Below are positions 32,132 to 42,158 of a stretch of 64,000 nt of DNA, piece after piece. The notes under the pieces were generated by a model. That model did no database searches, was not told the DNA's origin, and was given only the letters and a program-made list of their open reading frames with translations. The translations under genes were made by a program, and so were the position numbers. The stretch's first letter is position 1, and every line of letters starts with the position of its first letter. The stretch is from Spirochaetota bacterium (lineage in GTDB: Bacteria > Spirochaetota > UBA4802 > UBA5550), in assembly GCA_963664815.2 (NCBI GenBank), contig CAXXHB010000003.1:1760001-1824000 (forward strand), in the 5' to 3' direction.

Positions 32132-33280
32132 ATGACATTATCGATTCCCGGCTTATCCGCGGAATTATGCCGTGCGGCTGAGGAGCTGGGCTACAGGGAA
32201 TTTTTTCCCGTTCAGATGGAGGCTATTCCTTTAATACTTGCAGGAAAAGATGTAGCTGTATCAGCACAGACCGGTTCCGGAAAAACAGCAGCTTTTCTTT
32301 TGCCGGTTCTTCAGAAGTTGTCTGAAAGGGGGACTGTAAAAAATTCAAAGGCCGCTGTTCTGGTACTGGTACCTTCGAGGGAACTTGCAGGGCAGGTTGC
32401 AGACGCGGTAAAAGCCTTCAGCCGGTACCTTCCGGGGAGAATAGAGGTTGAGGCTGTATACGGTGGTGTTGCAATAAACCCGCAGATGAAAAGCGTAAGC
32501 TCAGGCACGGATATTATTATTGCAACCCCGGGGAGACTTATTGATCTTATAGAAAGAAACAGTGTAAGGCTCTCCGGTATAAAGACACTGGTTCTTGATG
32601 AAGCGGACAAAATGCTTGATCAGGGCTTCAGGGATGAGATAGGCGATCTCCTCAGGCTCCTGCCGGCAAAAAGGCAGAATCTGTTGTTTTCCGCGACATT
32701 AAAAAGTACTATAGATATACCGGGTATGAACTTTCTGAAAGATGCGGTAAAGATCGGAATGGAGAAAGATGAAAAACCGGCAGATATTATTGATCAGTAT
32801 GTGTATGAAGTTGACAGGGAGAGCAAAGGAATACTGCTGAGGAGCCTGATAAATAAAAACGGATGGGAACGGGTGCTTGTCTTTGTTTCATCAAAGAGAA
32901 GGGCTGAAAATGTAACCCGCAAACTGAATGCAAACAATATAAGCGCGGAGTCACTGCATGGAGATAAAAGCCAGAGTGCGCGTACAGGGGCCCTGTCAAG
33001 GTTTAAAAGCGGGAAGATAAGGGTACTTGTTGCAACAGACCTTGCATCAAGGGGGCTTGATATAGAACAGCTCCCCTGTGTTGTGAATTATGAGCTTCCA
33101 AGATCGGCTGCGGATTATATACACCGCACAGGAAGGACCGGAAGAGCCGGAATGAAGGGTATTGCTGTGACTCTTCTGTCGGAAGATGAGTGCCAGCATA
33201 TGAAAATGATTGAAAAACGGATGAAGATCAGGCCTGTATATATTGATTCGGAGAGTATAACAAAACTGATGCAGAATTAA
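32132..33280 (+). CDS. DEAD-box RNA helicase (RhlE-like)
   Basis: AQTGSGKT, PSRELA, TPGRL, DEAD, SAT and HRTGRTGR. Confidence 0.95.
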   Translation: MTLSIPGLSAELCRAAEELGYREFFPVQMEAIPLILAGKDVAVSAQTGSGKTAAFLLPVLQKLSERGTVKNSKAAVLVLVPSRELAGQVADAVKAFSRYLPGRIEVEAVYGGVAINPQMKSVSSGTDIIIATPGRLIDLIERNSVRLSGIKTLVLDEADKMLDQGFRDEIGDLLRLLPAKRQNLLFSATLKSTIDIPGMNFLKDAVKIGMEKDEKPADIIDQYVYEVDRESKGILLRSLINKNGWERVLVFVSSKRRAENVTRKLNANNISAESLHGDKSQSARTGALSRFKSGKIRVLVATDLASRGLDIEQLPCVVNYELPRSAADYIHRTGRTGRAGMKGIAVTLLSEDECQHMKMIEKRMKIRPVYIDSESITKLMQN

Positions 33281-33379
33281 TTACTGGGAAAGTGGTTCAT
33301 TTCTGGAAGCCCCTTAAAAGATTTATTCCGGGCTGGACGCAGTTTTTTAAAAGCAAGTATAATAAACAGAGGATAATTA

Positions 33380-34381
33380 ATGGAAATTAAAAAAGTTTTT
33401 ATCGGGAACCTGGATTTCAATGTTACAGGGGATGAAGTAAAAAGCCTTTTGTCTGAATATGGCACCGTGGTGAATATTAAAATGCATCAGGCAAAGGGAT
33501 ATGCCTTTGTTGAGATGAGTTCGGCAGCTGAAGCGGAAACAGTAGTCAGGAAACTTGATGGTAAAAAATACAGGGAACGTGAAATGCGTATAAGCCTTGA
33601 GATGAAGGCGGGGAAGGCCAGAGCTTTATCTGTAAAAAGATATAAAGAGCGGGGGGAGAACAGATCCGGCGGGAAGCCAGCTGTATCCGGTAACAGTAAA
33701 TCTGTCAGATCAGGGGGGGAAAGAGCTGCAATGCCGCGGCCTGAGAGAGAAAGAAGGACTGCCGGAAAACCGGAAGAAAGCGCAGGAGCTGAAAGAACCG
33801 AGAGGTACGGCAGTAAATCTCCCCGGATGCGCGTCAACTCACGGTACAATGAAAAACCGGACTACAACAGGGGTGAAAAACCTGAATCAGGCCGCAGAAG
33901 CGGAGAAAGACCAAAGGCGCCGGGGAACAGGCCGCTGAGAGATTACTCAGGGGAAAGGAACAGGGGAGATGGTAAAACAGCTGAAAGAAACGGTAATAAT
34001 ATAAGAGAACGGCCAAAGAATAAGTCTGAATATCCGGAGAGAACCTTTCAGGAGAGATCTCCGCGTGAAGGTAAAAGAGCGGATTTCGCCAGGCCGGTAA
34101 AACCGGATCACGATTTCAGGCCTGGAGGAAAAAAACCCCGTACATCGTCAAAAATAAGCGACAGCTGGAGAGAAAAACCTGAGATGAAGGAGTTCCAGGA
34201 GGAGAGGCCGGGGGATTATTCGAAACCCCGTTCCCTCAGCGGTTCGCAGAACAGGTTTTCCCGATCATCAGGGGCTAAAACCGGTGACGGAAACAGAAAA
34301 AGGTCTTCAGGCGCACAGGGGCCTAAATCACGGAATACTGCCGGCGTAAAAAATACCGGAGCGCGAAGAAAGAGAGACTAA
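33380..34381 (+). CDS. RRM RNA-binding protein with long disordered R/G/E/S-rich tail
   Basis: VFIGNL (RNP2) and KGYAFVEM (RNP1), then about 250 low-complexity residues. Confidence 0.85.
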   Translation: MEIKKVFIGNLDFNVTGDEVKSLLSEYGTVVNIKMHQAKGYAFVEMSSAAEAETVVRKLDGKKYREREMRISLEMKAGKARALSVKRYKERGENRSGGKPAVSGNSKSVRSGGERAAMPRPERERRTAGKPEESAGAERTERYGSKSPRMRVNSRYNEKPDYNRGEKPESGRRSGERPKAPGNRPLRDYSGERNRGDGKTAERNGNNIRERPKNKSEYPERTFQERSPREGKRADFARPVKPDHDFRPGGKKPRTSSKISDSWREKPEMKEFQEERPGDYSKPRSLSGSQNRFSRSSGAKTGDGNRKRSSGAQGPKSRNTAGVKNTGARRKRD

Positions 34382-34394
34382 GGGATAGTGCAAT

Positions 34395-34865
34395 ATGAAC
34401 AAAAATGATATACTCCGGAGATTAAGATACGCCCTCAATATCAGTAATGCGGAGATGACAGAAATATTTAAACTTGCCGGGCATGATATCCCGGAATCGG
34501 CGATACTCAACATTATTAAAAAAGAGGAAGAAGATGGGTATATTGAATGCAGCGACAGGGAAATTGAACTCTTTCTTGATGGCCTGATTATAAAGAGACG
34601 GGGAAAAAGGGAAACGGCTGGTTCTGAACCTGTAGTCAGGGCAGAGTCGCGGATTTCTAACAATATTGTCTTAAAAAAACTGAGGATTGCCCTTGATTTT
34701 AAGGAGAATGATATGCTTGAGATGTTCAGGCTGTCTGGATTTGAAATTACCAGGCCTGAACTTTCGGCGCTGTTCAGAAAAAAGGGGAGCAAAAACTACA
34801 AGGTATGCGGAGACCAGATTGTGAAGAATTTTCTGAAAGGCATTACGGTTTATTACAGAAAGTAA
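34395..34865 (+). CDS. DUF1456 (YehS-like) protein
   Basis: NDILRRLRYAL, FLDGLI..RG, NNIVLKKLRIAL and ELSALFRK. Confidence 0.9.
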   Translation: MNKNDILRRLRYALNISNAEMTEIFKLAGHDIPESAILNIIKKEEEDGYIECSDREIELFLDGLIIKRRGKRETAGSEPVVRAESRISNNIVLKKLRIALDFKENDMLEMFRLSGFEITRPELSALFRKKGSKNYKVCGDQIVKNFLKGITVYYRK

Positions 34866-34918
34866 TGCCTTTAAATTCTGACAGGCTTAAGGGGAAAATA
34901 AACCCCGCCCTGATCAGA

Positions 34919-36013
34919 TTATTTAAACAGTTTCAGATATTTCCCGTAGCCGTTTTTCTCCATCTCCTCTTTCGGAATAAATTTCAACGATGCGGAGTTC
35001 ATGCAGTATCTCAAACCTGTCGGAGCGGGTCCGTCGGTAAAGAGATGCCCCAGATGAGAATCACCTGTTCTGCTTCGTACCTCCGTACGTTTCATGAAGA
35101 GCGAATTATCAGACTTTGTAACAATATTACCCGGTTCAAGAGTCCCGGAAAAGCTTGGCCAACCTGTGCCTGAATCGTATTTATCCCTGGAGCTGAAAAG
35201 CGGCTCGCCGGATATTATATCGACATAGATACCATCCTTTTTATTATCCCAGAATTCATTATCAAAAGGTGGTTCTGTTCCTTTATTTCTTGTAACATGG
35301 TACTGAAGTTCCGTCAGTTTCTTCTTCAGAACAGAGTCGTCAGGTTTACTGTATATCTTCAGATCTCCGGGGGTAATCTTTAAAAACTCATCCCCCCATA
35401 CTTTTTTTAAAAACCGATCCCTCCCTGAACCGGACCTGTAATTTTTATAGCCGGCAGGATTGGTGGCACAGTAGTTCTGGTGATATTCCTCCGCTTCGCT
35501 GAAGTTTTTAAACTTTGTGATTTCTGTAACAACAGGCTTGTCGAATCGTTTTGATTCTTCAAGCTGCAGCCTGGATCGCTCCGCAATCTTCTTCTGTTCT
35601 TCATTATGATAATAGATTTTACTGCTGTAGTGAACGCCCCTGTCTGCAAACTGCCCCCCGGCATCTGTAGGGTCTATATGTTTCCAGAAATAGTCGAGAA
35701 GCGATTCGTAGGTGATAATATCCGGATCATACAAAACCTGAACGGCTTCAATGTAACCAAGATCATGATAGTTTTCGTATGTGGGATTCTCACCTGTGCC
35801 TCCGGAGTAGCCTGATGTTGCCTTTATTACACCGGGGAGTTTTTTAAAGTCTGCCTCCACGCACCAGAAACAACCACCTGCAAAGGTTGCAGTTTTCAAA
35901 CGGGTGTTTTTAGCAGTTCCCGTATTCCCCTTGCTGCGGTCGGTATTACCTGTAACACCGCAGCCCAGGATAAGTGAACACAATATATGCAGAAATGGAT
36001 TTTTCATATTCAA
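34919..36013 (-). CDS. msrAB: Bifunctional methionine sulfoxide reductase MsrA-MsrB, with probable lipoprotein signal
   Basis: GGCFWC and AEEYHQNY (MsrA); [12 protein letters not shown] and RYCMNS (MsrB); LILGC. Confidence 0.93.
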   Translation of the reverse strand: MNMKNPFLHILCSLILGCGVTGNTDRSKGNTGTAKNTRLKTATFAGGCFWCVEADFKKLPGVIKATSGYSGGTGENPTYENYHDLGYIEAVQVLYDPDIITYESLLDYFWKHIDPTDAGGQFADRGVHYSSKIYYHNEEQKKIAERSRLQLEESKRFDKPVVTEITKFKNFSEAEEYHQNYCATNPAGYKNYRSGSGRDRFLKKVWGDEFLKITPGDLKIYSKPDDSVLKKKLTELQYHVTRNKGTEPPFDNEFWDNKKDGIYVDIISGEPLFSSRDKYDSGTGWPSFSGTLEPGNIVTKSDNSLFMKRTEVRSRTGDSHLGHLFTDGPAPTGLRYCMNSASLKFIPKEEMEKNGYGKYLKLFK

Positions 36014-36265
36014 CCTCTGTCGGAAATATATTAAAACAGGGGATGAAACGTGTTAAAATGGCTATAGGTCTGCAGTAACATCCCCTGCATGTTAAATCAG
36101 ATGTAAAAAAAGTTTTAATGTTACCGGTAAAAGCGCTGCAGCTGTATTAAAAGCAATTAAAATAAAACGGAGAGAACCATGAACCATGCAGGCATCAAGC
36201 CGTATTTTAATATCTTGACAAAAGAGAATTTATAGCAGAAAAATAGCAATAGCCGAAACCGGCAA

Positions 36266-36295
36266 TATTGAATATATTATTGAATATATTATTGA
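36266..36295. repeat. 12-bp tandem repeat, 2.5 copies, upstream of the GH1 gene
   Basis: TATTGAATATAT x2 plus TATTGA. Confidence 0.6.
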
Positions 36296-36311
36296 TATTA
36301 AAAGGTGATAA

Positions 36312-37544
36312 ATGAAAAAGTTCCCCGACAGTTTTTATTTTGGAGCATCAACATCGTCACACCAGGTTGAGGGAAACTGCCGGAATGACTGGAGTGAATG
36401 GGAAAGGATAAATGCCGGGAGACTGGCCGGAGAGTCCTCAAAGTACAGCAGCCTCTCCTCATGGGAAAGAATTAAACCTGAAGCGGAATCGAGGGAAAAC
36501 TACATATCGGGAGTGGCGGCTGATCACTATAACCGTTACGAAGAGGATTTTGATATCGCCAAAAAAATCGGTATTAATGCCTGCAGGTTTTCCGTTGAGT
36601 GGTCGCGCGTAGAACCCTTCAGCGGGATATGGGACAGGGATGAACTGAACCATTACAGAAAGATGATACGCGCCATGCACAAAAGGGGGATTGAACCCTT
36701 TGTTACAATATGGCACTGGACCCTCCCGCTGTGGCTTTCGGAGGCCGGGGGAGTTTCACATCCGGAATTCCCGGAACTCTTTGCGGAATACGCAGGGAAG
36801 CTTGCAGAGGAATTTGCAGGTGATGTAAAATTCTTTATTACGGTAAACGAGCCGGAGATATATTCCCTTAACAGCTACCTGCGCGGTATATGGCCGCCGG
36901 AGAAAAAGGGTATTTTTTCCTATATCCGTTCAATGAAATCGCTTATAAAATCGCATAAACTGGCATATGAAGAGATAAAAAAAAGGATACCGGATTCAGC
37001 AGTGGGACCTGCATGCAACATGTCGTATTTTGAACCGGGGAGGGGCTTTATCAACAGAGGCATCGCATCCCTGTCAGGGCATTACTGGAACCGTTATTTT
37101 ACAGACCATGTGAAATCAAAGATCGATTATATAGGGGTGAACTACTACTTTCATAACCGTATAAATTACGGATTCAACAGAAATGACTGTGAGTTTGCCT
37201 CCGATCTCGGGTGGGAGCTCTATCCGGCCGGTATGGAACATCTTCTGAACGCACTTTCATGCTACAATCTGCCGGTTTACATTACGGAAAACGGCCTTGC
37301 GGATGCAGGGGATGAAAGGCGCCCGTGGTTTATCGAAGAGACACTTCGAAGCGTAATGAAGGCGATGGATAACGGAGTTGATGTAAGGGGATACTTCCAC
37401 TGGTCGCTGATAGATAACTTTGAGTGGGATAAAGGTTTCTGGCCCCGCTTTGGGCTTATTTCTGTTGACCGCAAAAACCTCACCCGGAAGATGAGAACTG
37501 ACAGCTGCAGAAAATACAAAGAAATAATTAAAAAAGGAATTTAA
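36312..37544 (+). CDS. Glycoside hydrolase family 1 (beta-glucosidase-like)
   Basis: SSHQVEG, RFSVEWSR, TVNEP, ITENG and WSLIDNFEW. Confidence 0.95.
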   Translation: MKKFPDSFYFGASTSSHQVEGNCRNDWSEWERINAGRLAGESSKYSSLSSWERIKPEAESRENYISGVAADHYNRYEEDFDIAKKIGINACRFSVEWSRVEPFSGIWDRDELNHYRKMIRAMHKRGIEPFVTIWHWTLPLWLSEAGGVSHPEFPELFAEYAGKLAEEFAGDVKFFITVNEPEIYSLNSYLRGIWPPEKKGIFSYIRSMKSLIKSHKLAYEEIKKRIPDSAVGPACNMSYFEPGRGFINRGIASLSGHYWNRYFTDHVKSKIDYIGVNYYFHNRINYGFNRNDCEFASDLGWELYPAGMEHLLNALSCYNLPVYITENGLADAGDERRPWFIEETLRSVMKAMDNGVDVRGYFHWSLIDNFEWDKGFWPRFGLISVDRKNLTRKMRTDSCRKYKEIIKKGI

Positions 37545-37546
37545 AA

Positions 37547-39373
37547 ATGACAGGTGTTTCAGCGGCATTTATTGCCCAGGTGTTTTTCGGCGTTTCATTG
37601 ATTATAGATAAAATATTCTTCGGCGAGCATGGGGAGATAAAGGTTGTTCCGTACGTTTTCTGGATTACCATTATGGGAAGCTTTGGTATGGTCTTCTTTT
37701 TGTTCGGGTTCAGGCTCCCGAATATACAGACTATAGGTATAGTATTCCTTGCAGCCCTTTCATTTATACTTATGCTTATATGCTACTACCAGGTGCTCTC
37801 CCGCGGAGAGGCATCTGAAGCCGTACCTGTTGTCGGGGGCTTCGCGCCACTTGCCACATTCCTTATAGGTTCGGCTGTTGAACTGAGTTCCCTGAACACA
37901 TCGGAGGCGATAGGTTTTGTTCTTCTTCTTATGGGGGGATTTGCCCTTTTCTTCTCGGAGAGGTCGCATTTAAAAGAACTTCTCCCCTGGACGCTTATGG
38001 CCTCCCTTCTGACAGGTACAACCAATATTCTTGAAAAGCTGGTATTTGAGCATACTGCAAACTTTTCAACAGCATTTGCGCTTATGAAAACGGCAACGCT
38101 GATTCTGGGGGTCTCAATGCTGGCGGTGCCCTATCTGCGAAAAAGCATTTTCTCAACTTCACGCGGAACAACAACCGGTAACAGGATATTATACCTTACA
38201 AGCAGGGTACTTGCAGGTTCAGGGTCTGTAATGCTGTTTTATGCAATAAAACTGCAGGATCACCCTGCAGTAATTGAATCCATAAACGGCTTCAGGTATG
38301 TCCTGGTTTTCATACTTGCATTCATCATAACAAAGGCACGGCCCGACCTGCTGAAGGAATCGACAAGGGCGGGGAGGGTTATTGTAAAGGCACTTGCCAC
38401 AATACTGATTGTCGGGGGGCTTTCAATTCTGGGGGTACAGAGCTTTTATGAAAATATACCACGTCCGAGGACAACGGATGTAACATGGGGCGTTACATTC
38501 TCCGATATGATGGCTGAAGACCTGAAGCTTGACCCTGGAGAGACGCTTTATGCCATTCTTAAGGATTTAAGACCCCAGGGGGTAAGGCTGGTTGCATACT
38601 GGGACAGAATAGAGAAAAGAAAGGGTGAGTGTGATTTCAGCAGCCTTGACGAGCAGATGAGGATAGCTGCGGAATTCAAAACGCCTGTGATACTGGCGCT
38701 TGGTCAGAGGGTGCCGAGATGGCCGGAATGTCATATCCCGAAGTGGGCAAATCCGAAGAAAGACCTTCTCCCATATATGAAGAAGGTTGTTAAACGATAC
38801 AGAGGATACAGGAATATTCTCTACTGGCAGGTTGAAAATGAACCCTTCCTCCATTTCGGCGAATGCCCGAAGGCGGACAAGAAGCTGATTGTTTCAGAGA
38901 TCGATGCAGTAAGAAATCTTGATCCCGGGAGGAAGATACTTCTTACCGATGGCGGTGAGTTCGGGGACTGGTACAGGGCTGCAAAGAGAGGCAACATATT
39001 CGGCACCACTCTCTACCGCAAAGTGCACAGCCGCTTCTTCGGGGAATTTACATATCCCATTACTCCTGAGATTTACCCCCTTAAGCGTGATATAATACAG
39101 TTTCTCACAGGGAAACCGGACCAGAACTTTATAATAATTGAGCTTGGAACAGAACCGTGGGGTGATAAACAGATATTTGAAATGACCCTTGATGAGCAGA
39201 TTCAGAATTTCAGGATGAAGGATTTCAGGGATAACATCAATTACGCCCTTGACTGCAGGTATGACACCTACTACCTCTGGGGCGCAGAGTGGTGGTATTA
39301 TTTAAAGAAGAAGTATAACAAAGACGGCTACTGGCGTATAGCCGCAGATACATTCAAAAGGGAGAGAATTTAA
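37547..39373 (+). CDS. EamA/DMT-like membrane domain fused to a clan GH-A glycoside hydrolase
   Basis: About 10 hydrophobic helices, then WGVTFS, VRLVAYW, WQVENEP, ELGTEPW and LWGAEWW. Confidence 0.75.
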   Translation: MTGVSAAFIAQVFFGVSLIIDKIFFGEHGEIKVVPYVFWITIMGSFGMVFFLFGFRLPNIQTIGIVFLAALSFILMLICYYQVLSRGEASEAVPVVGGFAPLATFLIGSAVELSSLNTSEAIGFVLLLMGGFALFFSERSHLKELLPWTLMASLLTGTTNILEKLVFEHTANFSTAFALMKTATLILGVSMLAVPYLRKSIFSTSRGTTTGNRILYLTSRVLAGSGSVMLFYAIKLQDHPAVIESINGFRYVLVFILAFIITKARPDLLKESTRAGRVIVKALATILIVGGLSILGVQSFYENIPRPRTTDVTWGVTFSDMMAEDLKLDPGETLYAILKDLRPQGVRLVAYWDRIEKRKGECDFSSLDEQMRIAAEFKTPVILALGQRVPRWPECHIPKWANPKKDLLPYMKKVVKRYRGYRNILYWQVENEPFLHFGECPKADKKLIVSEIDAVRNLDPGRKILLTDGGEFGDWYRAAKRGNIFGTTLYRKVHSRFFGEFTYPITPEIYPLKRDIIQFLTGKPDQNFIIIELGTEPWGDKQIFEMTLDEQIQNFRMKDFRDNINYALDCRYDTYYLWGAEWWYYLKKKYNKDGYWRIAADTFKRERI

Positions 39374-39384
39374 AGTATAATTTA

Positions 39385-40014
39385 TTATTTTAATCTCTCC
39401 TTAATGTAATCAAGAATAAATCCGGAAGCTTTTTCAACACCGGTTTTCCCTGTATTGACAGAGAGGTCATATTTTCTGGCGTCTGTCCAGTCCTTACCGG
39501 TAAAGGTTTTACAGTAAACACCCCTGTCTTTGTCGCTCTGTCCGATCATTTTGCCGGCTTCATCTTTTGATATTCTGTAGAGTTTCTGAACACGTGCGCT
39601 CCGGAATGGGATGTCTGCATGAAGAAATATGCTTATATGCTCCGGGTATTCGCGGAAAATATGTGATCCGCACCTTCCTATAATGACTGCGGATTGTTTT
39701 TTAACAATGTTTGCAATTACCTCTGTTTCAGCCTCATATAACTCACGATCTGTAACGGGGAGCGCCTGCGGGGGGATATATATGTCGGAGCAGACCGGGC
39801 TGAACTGCATAAAAGATTCCCAGAAGGATTGTACTTTTTCATCGCGCAATTCAAGGTTTTCTTCAAATCCTGAAAGCTGCTTAGCAGCCCCGCGGATAAT
39901 CTCGCGGTCAGCATAAAAGATATTCAGTTTATTTGCAAGCTGCCGTCCGATATAAGCTCCCCCTGACCCCAGCTGGCGGCTGATTGTAACAACAAAGGGC
40001 ATATCCTGTTTCAT
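39385..40014 (-). CDS. Cytidylate kinase-like family protein
   Basis: TISRQLGSGG, VIIGRC and YDLSVNT. Confidence 0.88.
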   Translation of the reverse strand: MKQDMPFVVTISRQLGSGGAYIGRQLANKLNIFYADREIIRGAAKQLSGFEENLELRDEKVQSFWESFMQFSPVCSDIYIPPQALPVTDRELYEAETEVIANIVKKQSAVIIGRCGSHIFREYPEHISIFLHADIPFRSARVQKLYRISKDEAGKMIGQSDKDRGVYCKTFTGKDWTDARKYDLSVNTGKTGVEKASGFILDYIKERLK

Positions 40015-40201
40015 TTCAAGATCTCCTGTATTTATTGCTTTTATGTTTTTATGCTATAATATCATAATGAATGTAATAAACAATAAAAGATGTGAGATGT
40101 AAAGGAAATAATTGATTGAACCTTTAAATATCACGGTTTGACGGATACACTTTTAGTAAAGTGGGTATTTAAAGATTCATTGACCGGAAAACAAAAAATG
40201 C

Positions 40202-40231
40202 TTGACATATAATTTGATGTCAAACTATATT
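40202..40231 (+). promoter_or_regulatory. Sigma70-like promoter of marR overlapped by an operator
   Basis: TTGACA-N18-TATATT with TTTGA-TG-TCAAA in the spacer. Confidence 0.7.
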
Positions 40232-40237
40232 CGCTCT

Positions 40238-40663
40238 ATGAAGATTGACAATACATTTTTTCTTATTGGAAGAATAAAGGAACACTATACGGCTTTTCTT
40301 GAAAAGGAGCTGAAAAACAGGGGGTTGAACAGGCTGGTCACCTCTCATGCCGATATTATTGTTGCGCTGAGAAAAAGCGGCGAACTGACGCTTTCGGAGG
40401 TTGCCGACAGCATCAACAGGGATCGTTCGACGGTAACTTCACTGGTTTCAAAGCTGGAGAGTCTCGGGTATGTTCAGCAGAGAAAAAACGAGGATGATAA
40501 CCGTTCAAGCTTTCTCTCCCTGACTGAAAAGGGTATGGATCTTATTCCTGAGTTTCAGTCCATTTCAAATATTCTGTTTAAAAAAGCGGTTAAGGGCATA
40601 TCTGAAGAGGAGTGGAACGATTTCAGAAAAGTTCTTGAAAAGATGTATGTCAACTTCCGGTAA
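40238..40663 (+). CDS. MarR family regulator
   Basis: DRSTVTSLVSKLESLGYV and DNRSSFLSLTEKG. Confidence 0.92.
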   Translation: MKIDNTFFLIGRIKEHYTAFLEKELKNRGLNRLVTSHADIIVALRKSGELTLSEVADSINRDRSTVTSLVSKLESLGYVQQRKNEDDNRSSFLSLTEKGMDLIPEFQSISNILFKKAVKGISEEEWNDFRKVLEKMYVNFR

Positions 40664-40672
40664 TTTTTTATG

Positions 40673-40696
40673 GTGTAGTTTGATGTCAAACTACAC
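40673..40696. promoter_or_regulatory. Second MarR operator
   Basis: GTGTAGTTTGA-TG-TCAAACTACAC perfect arms; same core as in the marR promoter. Confidence 0.75.
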
Positions 40697-40755
40697 ATTG
40701 ATTTAATGCTGAAAATGCCAGTCTGGGAACAACTATAATATTAAGGAGGAGCTTT

Positions 40756-41145
40756 ATGCAGACAAAAACGTACCTTAGAATCGGCGGTTCTATAGTGTTG
40801 TTTTTTGCTGTCTTTCACATTTTAAGTCCACAAATTGTTTCTGCGATTTACTCGGAACCTCTTGTAAATGGCAGGGGTAAATCGGTAATGCACATTTATA
40901 CTTATTTGACGGCTTTGATATGTCTGGGCATGTCGCTTATTACATTTATATCCGGTAGTGAACTTGTTTTAACCAGGCCGGGGCGTTTTGTATTAATATA
41001 CTTCGCCTCAATAGGGCTATTCAGGGCGCTCCTAGGAGTAATATTTACAGGGATAACCAGCTCGTTATCAGTTTTCGTTATAGTTACTACATCTACCGCA
41101 GGCCTGTGCTATATACTGGCTGTAAAAAAAGCAATATCCGGTTAA
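40756..41145 (+). CDS. Small four-TM membrane protein
   Basis: AAGGAGG RBS; four hydrophobic segments. Confidence 0.7.
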   Translation: MQTKTYLRIGGSIVLFFAVFHILSPQIVSAIYSEPLVNGRGKSVMHIYTYLTALICLGMSLITFISGSELVLTRPGRFVLIYFASIGLFRALLGVIFTGITSSLSVFVIVTTSTAGLCYILAVKKAISG

Positions 41146-41210
41146 GTCTGGGTATATAGTTTTTAAGAGCAGATTAATATGAAAAAAAATTTTACTGAAA
41201 GAGGATATAT

Positions 41211-41393
41211 ATGAAAAAAGAACCGCGCTGTGCAACATGCCCTATGCGGGCTAAATATGATGCAAAACCACGTTCATTTACAGGAAGATTCTGGCGTTTT
41301 CACATCAGCTTCTGCCCGGGATGGAAATCATACATGAAATCACTCCCGGATGCTGAAAAGAAAGAGGTAAAGGCTAAATACAATCTCCGGTAA
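41211..41393 (+). CDS. Small Cys/His-containing protein (60 aa)
   Basis: GAGGA RBS; CATCP...WRFHISFCPGW. Confidence 0.7.
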   Translation: MKKEPRCATCPMRAKYDAKPRSFTGRFWRFHISFCPGWKSYMKSLPDAEKKEVKAKYNLR

Positions 41394-41491
41394 TTTTTTT
41401 AAAAATTCTGCTTGCGCCATGTCATTTATTTTTCAGCACTCGTTATAAGAGACATAAGTTACAATATAACGATAAAAAGAGGAGTAGATAT

Positions 41492-42031
41492 ATGGCAAAA
41501 GCAAAACTTCATCCGTTTTTAAGGACTATGCATGGCGGTTTTGACGGTCTTGTACTTTACCGCCGCTATGGCAAAACCTACATTAAAATACGAACAATCC
41601 CCTTTAATCCACGAACAGAACCTCAGGTGAAATGCAGGGGTAATTTCGGCGGCAGCGTAAAGGCATGGCAGAACCTTTCTGAAGAGGAGAAGTCACTCTA
41701 CAGAAACAGGGCAAAGAGAAAAAAAAGGTCGGGGTACAACCTGTTTATGTCGGAATACCTTCGCGGGATTGTTCCCGGTTCACCGGTATCGCCGTCGGGT
41801 AGCGGCGTAACAGGGGAAGCAGTTGTTGTTTCAACTCCCTGTGAAGTAGCGGATTGTACCTGCTGTTATTCTGAAAACAGCAGATCAGGGTCTGTTCAGA
41901 ATAAAATGAATACTGTAAAAGACGGGGTTACATCACTCCGGACGGGACTTAAACAGTATGATGACCCTGTTGAAAAACGTTTCAATACCGTTTCAACTCC
42001 GTTACCGACAGAGAAAAACGCGCGTTTATAG
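41492..42031 (+). CDS. Basic hypothetical protein, possible DNA-binding (HMG-box-like segments)
   Basis: GAGGAG RBS; NPRT..Q...R..F, WQNLSEEEKSLY and SGYNLFMSE. Confidence 0.65.
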   Translation: MAKAKLHPFLRTMHGGFDGLVLYRRYGKTYIKIRTIPFNPRTEPQVKCRGNFGGSVKAWQNLSEEEKSLYRNRAKRKKRSGYNLFMSEYLRGIVPGSPVSPSGSGVTGEAVVVSTPCEVADCTCCYSENSRSGSVQNKMNTVKDGVTSLRTGLKQYDDPVEKRFNTVSTPLPTEKNARL

Positions 42032-42158
42032 CTGTATGCAGCGTGTTTGAGTCGAAATTGAAGCGTAATTGACTTTTCTGTAAAGAGAGTCGGAACTTTG
42101 TCATAAATCTGACATGGTATTGCCAAAGATGCTGTTGATGCACAGCGACAGGTACGTT

